Virus record (IMG/VR): IMGVR_UViG_3300045988_062587
DNA from: a virus
Length of the DNA stretch: 55,142 bases
Reading direction: 5' to 3' (one strand)
Shown: positions 30,865-37,100 of the stretch, piece by piece
How the letters are laid out: every line of letters begins with the position of its first letter
Numbering within the stretch: the first letter of the stretch is position 1
Notes under the pieces: generated by a model
The model's input: the letters and a program-made list of their open reading frames with translations, nothing else
Databases searched by the model: none
What the model was told of the DNA's origin: nothing
Translations under genes and position numbers: made by a program

Positions 30865-31269
30865 ATGAAACTTTACAAATACTCCGGCACCATCGAGGAG
30901 CTTGCCGTTGAACGCGGCCGAATCTCCTATATCAAACTCTTTGATGTGACCGACTTCGACAAAGCACCAACCAGACTGGAAGTCTTCGGTGCGCTCGGCA
31001 AGTACATTGAGGCCATCGAGGGAACCGATGCCGAAGAGCGATACATCAAGAGTGATTGGTACTTTGACAGCAACCTGTATCTGCGCCGCATTGAGATTCC
31101 CGGCGGTGAGGTTGGCCGCCCGGCGAAAATCATCACCCAGAGCCCGGACAACATCGACCAGTTGGAGATCTTCGGCCAGCAGGACTATATCCAGACCAGC
31201 AAGCCGGAATCCATGTCCTGCAAGGAAATTTACCGCTGGTCCGATTGGGAACGCCAGAACATGAAGTAA
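30865..31269 (+). CDS. Hypothetical protein (134 aa)
   Basis: The ATG at 30865 lies 8 nt after GGAGG. The ORF track starts at the TTG at 30850. Confidence 0.65.
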   Translation: MKLYKYSGTIEELAVERGRISYIKLFDVTDFDKAPTRLEVFGALGKYIEAIEGTDAEERYIKSDWYFDSNLYLRRIEIPGGEVGRPAKIITQSPDNIDQLEIFGQQDYIQTSKPESMSCKEIYRWSDWERQNMK

Positions 31270-31282
31270 GGAGGTGGTGACC

Positions 31283-31678
31283 ATGTTCAGTATTACCGAT
31301 AACGAGAGGCTGCGGGATGCGTACGCACTCTTGATGTTCATGCAGAGCGACATTCCCGCCTCTGCCGAAAAGAGGGCTGCCGTGAAAAACTTGGCGGCAA
31401 CCGTTAAGATGGAGATCCGGGCCTACAATAACCGCCCCGCCCCTGATGTGCATATCATCTGTGCCGACTATGACGGCCGTCTGGAGCTTGTTCAGCTGCC
31501 CGATAAGCTGGACGAGGCGCACGAGATGGACGCTACCAACTGGTTTCTTAACCATCATTATTTGAAGAGTTACAACAGCCCCTATGACTGCACAGGGCAG
31601 GAGTTCACGAATTGGTTTTATCTGTTCCGGCGGCGCGGTCACTGGTTTGCATATCACTCGGTTAGCCGAGATGTTTAA
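31283..31678 (+). CDS. Hypothetical protein (131 aa)
   Basis: An AAGGAGG RBS precedes the ATG at 31283. The ORF track starts at the GTG at 31274. Confidence 0.65.
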   Translation: MFSITDNERLRDAYALLMFMQSDIPASAEKRAAVKNLAATVKMEIRAYNNRPAPDVHIICADYDGRLELVQLPDKLDEAHEMDATNWFLNHHYLKSYNSPYDCTGQEFTNWFYLFRRRGHWFAYHSVSRDV

Positions 31679-31690
31679 GGAGGAAGTACA

Positions 31691-31936
31691 ATGACGGACG
31701 AAAAAGCTATCGAAAAGATGCTCTATGACCAGCAGCAGGGCTGGCCGCTGTGCCCCCGCTGCGGCGAGAGGATGCCGGACAAACTGACCCACGGAGCACT
31801 GAGCCGCCACGCCAATGGCGTGTACATCTGTGAGGCTTGCGGCACCGATGAAGCCCTCCGGGACTGGACCGGGAACGTCAAACCGCTGTCCGACTGGGTG
31901 CTGGTTCGCGTATACAATGGAGATCTTCGGAGGTAA
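31691..31936 (+). CDS. Zinc-ribbon protein (81 aa)
   Basis: CPRCGERM...CEACGTDEAL. Confidence 0.65.
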   Translation: MTDEKAIEKMLYDQQQGWPLCPRCGERMPDKLTHGALSRHANGVYICEACGTDEALRDWTGNVKPLSDWVLVRVYNGDLRR

Positions 31937-31941
31937 TCGAT

Positions 31942-32121
31942 ATGGAAGAAATGCTCCTGTCACTGAATGGACCGTGGTCAAACGCAGCCTGCATCGGCTA
32001 CTGTGTCATGGCGATGCGCAGCGCCGGTTTGAGTGAGAAAACGCAGCGCAAAGTCCTCGATGAACTGACCCAGTGTTTCGACGACGTGAGTGTCGAAGAC
32101 GCTGCACAGATGAAGTTCTAA
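31942..32121 (+). CDS. Small hypothetical protein (59 aa), below the ORF-track cutoff
   Basis: GGAGG lies 8 nt before the ATG. Translation: MEEMLLSLNGPWSNAACIGYCVMAMRSAGLSEKTQRKVLDELTQCFDDVSVEDAAQMKF. Confidence 0.45.
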   Translation: MEEMLLSLNGPWSNAACIGYCVMAMRSAGLSEKTQRKVLDELTQCFDDVSVEDAAQMKF

Positions 32122-32125
32122 CAAA

Positions 32126-32173
32126 CAAAAAATCCCCCTACACTGGCCCGAAGGTCAATGCAGGGGGATTTTT
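32126..32173. terminator. Bidirectional terminator between the cargo operon and the lysis cassette
   Basis: 9-bp stem AATCCCCCT/AGGGGGATT with an A-run upstream and a T-run downstream. Confidence 0.6.
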
Positions 32174-32234
32174 GCGCGCTACCGAGGTAGCCAAATATAA
32201 AATCAAGAGTGGACCATGCCGGGCCGCTCTCTAC

Positions 32235-32250
32235 AAAAGCCGAAGCTTTT
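32235..32250 (-). terminator. Small hairpin AAAAGC-cgaa-GCTTTT downstream of the holin gene
   Basis: Symmetric stem with flanking A/T runs. Confidence 0.35.
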
Positions 32251-32286
32251 CAAGTGCCTCTATTTTACACGGCACTCATGCAGCAG

Positions 32287-32604
32287 TCAAGACTTTTTGC
32301 CCAGTGCTGCGGTCATAACATCAAAGGCGTGTTCGATGACTGCGTCCAGCACCTCGTCGGTGATGGCCCAACGGATAGCCGCCGGGCACTTGGCGCGGAG
32401 AGCAGCGAACACCTGCTTCTTCTTTTTGGCGCCCTGACCGCTGCCCATGATGGACAGCTCGGCCTTTTTGACCAGATCCAGAGCCAGATCCTTGACGGTG
32501 GCCTTGTAGCCCAGCCGGATGCCCCCGACCGCCAGAGCAACGAAGCCCAGCAGCATCAGAGCGATGGCGATGGGCGCGGGGATGAAGCTCAGCATAGCTT
32601 CCAT
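32287..32604 (-). CDS. Putative holin (LL-H-like, one N-terminal TM)
   Basis: MEAMLSFIPAPIAIALMLLGFVALAVGGI followed by a charged helical region. It lies directly after the endolysin and has a GGAGG RBS. Confidence 0.5.
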   Translation of the reverse strand: MEAMLSFIPAPIAIALMLLGFVALAVGGIRLGYKATVKDLALDLVKKAELSIMGSGQGAKKKKQVFAALRAKCPAAIRWAITDEVLDAVIEHAFDVMTAALGKKS

Positions 32605-32682
32605 GATATTGCCTCCTATAAGTATCAGCGGCGCGGAGAGCCACCCCTGCACCGTTTTGTCGTGTTGGTTATATCGGATGTT

Positions 32683-33339
32683 TCACAGGTACTTGGAAGC
32701 CCCGGATATGGCCTTCCAGCTGGCAGGGCCGCAGATACCGTCCACGGTCAGTCCGTGCGCCTCCTGCGCTTTCAGCAGCGCGTTCTCGGTGCCCTCGCCG
32801 AAAATGCCGTCCGGGGTCAGCCCCAGCAGCCGCTGGAGCATCTTCGTGGCTGCACGGTTTGCATCCCCGGTGCAACCCCGGCGGATGGTCGGCAGAATGA
32901 ACTTCTGGTAGGTGGTGCTGGGGTAGTGCCGCGGGGCATCGCACAGCCACGTTGCCTTTGCATCGCGGGTATCGGTGTGTACGATGGCGCAGCCGTCATA
33001 CCAGTAGATGCCCACCGCCTTGAAATACTGGGCGGCGATGATGCCCAAGGCCACAGGATTGATGCTGCGGTTCACCATGCGCCAGTCTGCCGCCATACCA
33101 TAGCGGTGCTTGGAATTTGGGCTTCCGCCAACGGTTTTGCTGGCATTGTGCGTGATGCAACGGTATCCGCTGGTCACCTTGATGGCCTTGCCCAGCTTAT
33201 CCCGGATGGCCTGAAGTTTTTCGACCAGCTCCGAATCGACCATCTGGCGAGTACACCCGCAGGGGCACTTGAAGTCCTTGCGGGTGAAGTTCTTGCTCAG
33301 GGCAGATGTGTCGCTGGCCTGATAGACGATGACTCTCAT
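32683..33339 (-). CDS. Endolysin: M15-family zinc peptidase domain + PG_binding_1 domain
   Basis: SGYRCITHNASKTVGGSPNSKHRYGMAADW (M15A/YcbK-like) and a C-terminal LQRLLGLTPDGIFGEGTENALLKAQ...VDGICG. Confidence 0.8.
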   Translation of the reverse strand: MRVIVYQASDTSALSKNFTRKDFKCPCGCTRQMVDSELVEKLQAIRDKLGKAIKVTSGYRCITHNASKTVGGSPNSKHRYGMAADWRMVNRSINPVALGIIAAQYFKAVGIYWYDGCAIVHTDTRDAKATWLCDAPRHYPSTTYQKFILPTIRRGCTGDANRAATKMLQRLLGLTPDGIFGEGTENALLKAQEAHGLTVDGICGPASWKAISGASKYL

Positions 33340-33353
33340 GTAGAAAACCTCCT

Positions 33354-33782
33354 TCAAGAGAAGTCGTGCTTTTGAAGCCGCTCATTGTACACCCGTTTGA
33401 TATTCGCTACCGCACAGATGCAGCGGTTGTTTTTGTAGTCGGGGTGACTGCGGCAGTAGTCCTCATAGGCATCAATGACGGCCAAAATCTCGATAAAATG
33501 CTCCCTCGTGTGGTGCTTATCATCAATCAGTTCGTCATTGAAGCGCAGGATCTGGGTACGCAGAAGATTGGCATTGCGCTCATCATCAACTTGGATATGC
33601 TCCTCCAGCTTTTTCTGGGTCTGCTTCTGCTGTTCCAGCACTTCAGCATTCAGGGCGTGTCCGATGATTTTCGCAAGCCTGCTCCACGGATTGATCTTGA
33701 TGGGCGAAACCTCAATGAGCGAGAGCAGCACCAAAACCATCCCGCCACCGCTCCAGAACAATTCTTTCAGATTCACAGCCAT
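33354..33782 (-). CDS. Membrane-anchored protein, possible second holin/lysis regulator
   Basis: N-terminal TM segment (GGGMVLVLLSLIEV) followed by a helical domain. Located upstream of the endolysin. Confidence 0.4.
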   Translation of the reverse strand: MAVNLKELFWSGGGMVLVLLSLIEVSPIKINPWSRLAKIIGHALNAEVLEQQKQTQKKLEEHIQVDDERNANLLRTQILRFNDELIDDKHHTREHFIEILAVIDAYEDYCRSHPDYKNNRCICAVANIKRVYNERLQKHDFS

Positions 33783-33787
33783 CCCCC

Positions 33788-34186
33788 TCACTGAACCAGC
33801 GCGGCGATTGCCTGCAAATCAAAAATCGGAGCATCAAAAAACGCTCTCGCCCACAGCCAGTAGTCTTCGGACTCCGGGCGGCGGTACTTTTGGCAGAGTG
33901 CCGATGCCCAAACCCGGTTCCAGCGGGTCTGGTAGGCTGCATCCCGGCGCTCAAGGCTCCGCTGGATGTTTCCTACCAGATCCCCGCGCAGGGTGCCGTT
34001 ACCGTCATCATCCTGCACAAAGCAGTCCATGCCGTTCTGGCTCCCCACAGCACACACACGCTGGTTTTTGTGCATAAGAAAACCGTCCTGACAGGTCAGG
34101 GCGGTTCCATAAGGAATATTCACTTTTCCATCTATGCCGTCGAAGCGCGCCCGGCGGCGGGCGATAAAGCGTTCATGCTCCACCAT
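33788..34186 (-). CDS. Hypothetical protein (132 aa)
   Basis: ORF between the XkdX-like gene and the lysis genes. Confidence 0.55.
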   Translation of the reverse strand: MVEHERFIARRRARFDGIDGKVNIPYGTALTCQDGFLMHKNQRVCAVGSQNGMDCFVQDDDGNGTLRGDLVGNIQRSLERRDAAYQTRWNRVWASALCQKYRRPESEDYWLWARAFFDAPIFDLQAIAALVQ

Positions 34187-34189
34187 GGG

Positions 34190-34363
34190 TTAGACCTGCT
34201 CTTTCTTCTCGGCGAGCATACCGGTCAGCTCGGAGTAGTGCTCATCGGTCAGTTTGCCGGCGGCGTAGAAAATATCGATCTTCTCCGCCAGACCATCGGT
34301 ACTGCCGCGCTCGATCATGCGCTTGCAGGTGCGATACAGAACCAGTTCCGTTGCTTTGCTCAT
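34190..34363 (-). CDS. XkdX-like small protein (57 aa), below the ORF-track cutoff
   Basis: A GGAGGA RBS precedes the ATG at 34363. Translation: MSKATELVLYRTCKRMIERGSTDGLAEKIDIFYAAGKLTDEHYSELTGMLAEKKEQV. Confidence 0.45.
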   Translation of the reverse strand: MSKATELVLYRTCKRMIERGSTDGLAEKIDIFYAAGKLTDEHYSELTGMLAEKKEQV

Positions 34364-34378
34364 TGCGTTTTCCTCCTA

Positions 34379-34717
34379 TCAGGTATTCTCAGTGTCATCC
34401 GTATCGGAGACATTCAACTCCAGAAGGGTCAGGCGATAAGCCTGATCCACGTTCATCTCGTCGGCATCCTCGATGGCACTTTTGGATTCCATGATCCAGC
34501 TGCCGATGTCGGTCTGCTCCAGCATGACCGTTTCCAGCTCATCGCCCATCTGATCGCGGTCGAACAGCTGGTACGGCGTCCCGGCATAAGAAATGCCCGA
34601 AGCATCAGGCTCCGGGCAGAGGATATAACAGCCGTTGTCGGCTTTTTTGATGTAGGTCACGTCCTCGGTCAAGGCAAGGACGGTGCCATCACTGGCTTTG
34701 ATGATTTTGTTGAACAA
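34379..34717 (-). CDS. Hypothetical acidic protein (112 aa)
   Basis: ORF whose start overlaps the RT 3' end. Confidence 0.55.
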   Translation of the reverse strand: MFNKIIKASDGTVLALTEDVTYIKKADNGCYILCPEPDASGISYAGTPYQLFDRDQMGDELETVMLEQTDIGSWIMESKSAIEDADEMNVDQAYRLTLLELNVSDTDDTENT

Positions 34718-35889
34718 GGCACTCTACCTCCAAAAATTGCATAGCAAAGCCGCCGCAGACGCAGCAGCCGCCCATGGTCATCAAAATTTTTATAGTAGGC
34801 TTCTTGGCAGTTCATATACTGCGCTACCTCCTGCAGGGTACGTTTCCCGGCCAGCCATTCACGGTGGAACAGCTTCAGTTTCCTCCGTGCGCGTATCACG
34901 CCGTCACGACTACCATTGACTTTGATTTTCCCGGTCTCGGTCAAGGTAAAACGAGCCTTGCACCAGCGGAAAGGCTTTGTCAGAGGGATGATCTTGCATT
35001 TCTTCTTGTTGACCGGGATGCCGCGGATTTCAAACTGGCGCACGATAGCGCGGCCCAGCTTTTTCAGATCTTCGATATCCGGGAGAATGATGCAGTAATC
35101 ATCCATGTAGTGTCCGGCGCTATGCGTGGACATCTGGCATTTGATCCAGTTGTCCACAGCACTGGGCATTGCCGCCATTTCTTGTTGGCTCGGCTCAACG
35201 CCCAGCGGCATCCCACGGCCCGGAAATTCGCCGGGAGCAGTATCAATAATGGTATCTGCTATCCGCCGAAAATCAGGGTTCAGGATATACCGCTGGTGCC
35301 GCTGATAGATGATAGAATGGGGTGCATAAGGAAAGAACTTCTTCAGGTCGAGCAGCAACACCCCGCCCGCACGGCCATACTTGCGGTAATGCCGTGCCAG
35401 CTGCTGTTTGATGCGCTTGATCTGCCAGTGCAGTCCCTTACCAATCCGGCTTGCACCGTTGTCATAGATCATGCTGGGGTCGTAAAGCGGCTCCAACACT
35501 TCCTTGCTGATGACCTTGTGGATTTGTCGGTCTGTAATATGAGGAGCGTCAATCCCACGAATCTTGCCGCGTTCGCAGACCGTGAAATGAACGTATTTCT
35601 TAGGCCGCCACCTTTTGGCCAAAATAAGCCGCCGCTGCTTCGCTGTGTGGGAAAACAGATGCCGCTCAAAGTTCTGCGTGCTCTGCTTCCAGCGTACACC
35701 GTTGCAGCATTTCCGGCCATATTTGAACATCGTGTGGTAACTGAATACTTCTCCCAACGAACCGAGGGCGGCACAACGAGCTTCCTGTCTGGCTCGGCGT
35801 GCTGCCCGGCGGCGCTGGTATCGTGCTTCATGGCGCTCCTGACTTGTCATAAAAGTATTCGCTCCTCGTACAGATGAATTGTAGGGCAT
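34669..35889 (-). CDS. DGR reverse transcriptase
   Basis: Catalytic HYMDDYCII, the DGR-typical GxxxSQ motif (GVEPSQ), and LLLDLKKFF. The more likely start is the ATG at 35850 (MTSQERHEA, GAGGAG upstream). Confidence 0.9.
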   Translation of the reverse strand: MPYNSSVRGANTFMTSQERHEARYQRRRAARRARQEARCAALGSLGEVFSYHTMFKYGRKCCNGVRWKQSTQNFERHLFSHTAKQRRLILAKRWRPKKYVHFTVCERGKIRGIDAPHITDRQIHKVISKEVLEPLYDPSMIYDNGASRIGKGLHWQIKRIKQQLARHYRKYGRAGGVLLLDLKKFFPYAPHSIIYQRHQRYILNPDFRRIADTIIDTAPGEFPGRGMPLGVEPSQQEMAAMPSAVDNWIKCQMSTHSAGHYMDDYCIILPDIEDLKKLGRAIVRQFEIRGIPVNKKKCKIIPLTKPFRWCKARFTLTETGKIKVNGSRDGVIRARRKLKLFHREWLAGKRTLQEVAQYMNCQEAYYKNFDDHGRLLRLRRLCYAIFGGRVPCSTKSSKPVMAPSLP

Positions 35890-36071
35890 CGTCTAATCTG
35901 CTTTATGCCGGCACATGAAACGCGGTAAGATGCATCCCGCGCCATGCAAGAAGCGTCCGTGTCAGCATATCGAAAAGCAGTTTTAGAGGTTTGACCCTCA
36001 GGGAAGTACCTCTCCTTTTGCTATGGTCGTCTTTCACCTATGGCTACTCCATGTGACCAAGCATTGCAAAA

Positions 36072-36202
36072 TCCGGGCACAACACCATACGCATTGTTAG
36101 CGTTGTTATAGTCCAACGACCCCGACGACGAAACCGCGCAGAAGTTGTTGTTGTTGTTGATGTTGTTGTAGTTCGGCGACCGCAGCCACCAGACCGCCGC
36201 CG
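36072..36202 (-). repeat. DGR template repeat (TR), Asn-codon (AAC/AAT) rich
   Basis: Homologous to 37111-37232. The track ORF at 36021..36227 is this repeat, not a gene. Confidence 0.85.
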
Positions 36203-36234
36203 CAGGAATTGACAGAGATACACCCACTTAAAAA

Positions 36235-36693
36235 TCAGGCTTTCCGATTGACCGTTCCGATCATGCCTTGCAGCAGGTCGTTTTCCTTGTCAATCAGCTC
36301 ACCCAACTTTTGAGCCATTTTGTCCAGTCTTTCAGTTGCTTTCTTCGCATCGACACTTTTCCCTGAGGGAGTTGTGAAACATCCCTGCGGGTTCTGGGTC
36401 ATGATGAGATAGCAGTGAGTCAACCGAACATCCAGCGCCATCAGGGATGCCCGCGCTTCCAGAAGATGTGCTTTACGAAGCTGGCGCCGCTGATCGTCGG
36501 AGGGATAGATGCTGTTTGCCTTTTCGGCGTGGTCTATCACCTCGCCTGCCAGCTTTGCAACCGGTTCTGCAATCAATCTGGAATACCTTGCGGAAATGCG
36601 GGTCAGGAAGTTTATCGTTTCAATGTAAATCGCATTGGCGACATTCACATACTCCGCCTTGCTTTCTGTGCGCTTGGATTTCAAAACTGACAT
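36235..36693 (-). CDS. avd: Accessory variability determinant (Avd-like helical bundle protein)
   Basis: 152-aa basic helical protein immediately upstream of TR, with a GAAGGAGA RBS inside the end of the RHH gene. Confidence 0.6.
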   Translation of the reverse strand: MSVLKSKRTESKAEYVNVANAIYIETINFLTRISARYSRLIAEPVAKLAGEVIDHAEKANSIYPSDDQRRQLRKAHLLEARASLMALDVRLTHCYLIMTQNPQGCFTTPSGKSVDAKKATERLDKMAQKLGELIDKENDLLQGMIGTVNRKA

Positions 36694-36699
36694 GATACT

Positions 36700-36885
36700 T
36701 TAGTCTCCTTCGGGGTCATCGAGATCGATTTCCCCTTGCTCTCGCTCAACTTCTTCCAAATGCTTGAGCAGCACATACTCTATGTAGTTCGTGATGGACC
36801 GATGCTCTTTTGTTGCTAGGACACCGATCTTATCAAAAACTTCATCGGACAGGCGCAGTGTAAAGACGCGCTTGTTAGTTGCCAT
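36700..36885 (-). CDS. Ribbon-helix-helix (CopG/Arc-like) protein, 61 aa
   Basis: MATNKRVFTLRLSDEVFDKIGVLATKEHRSITNYIEYVLLKHL has the beta-strand-helix-helix pattern. AGGAGG RBS. The stop lies 6 nt before the avd ATG. Confidence 0.65.
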   Translation of the reverse strand: MATNKRVFTLRLSDEVFDKIGVLATKEHRSITNYIEYVLLKHLEEVEREQGEIDLDDPEGD

Positions 36886-37083
36886 ACAATACCTCCTAAC
36901 AAACAGGTTTTGAAAGTATTGTATAGCGTTTTTCGTGCCGTGTATGCACTCATAAGACAGTTGAGTGATAGCACTTTCAGTATCTTTTTTCAAAAAATCG
37001 CGCGGGGCGCTGACGCGCCCTTTGAATTTTTTTAGGAAAGTTTGCTGTTTTCCGCCCACTTCCGTGGGCTTGAGTAAGTCGAG

Positions 37084-37100
37084 AATCCCTGCGGGGGATT
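37084..37100 (-). promoter_or_regulatory. Hairpin immediately 3' of VR (DGR target-recognition-type stem-loop)
   Basis: Minus strand AATCCC-ccgca-GGGATT. It overlaps the stop codon of the target gene and is absent downstream of TR. Confidence 0.45.

Noticed and set aside
36145-36173. (GTT)n tract as a microsatellite or CRISPR-like repeat
   Set aside because: It is the Asn-codon (AAC) tract typical of DGR template repeats. There is no repeat-spacer organisation anywhere in the window and there are no cas genes.
36021-36227. 68-aa ORF with an NNINNNNN run
   Set aside because: It is the DGR template repeat read in the frame of the target gene. It has no RBS and lies between avd and RT, so it acts as an RNA template rather than as a protein gene.
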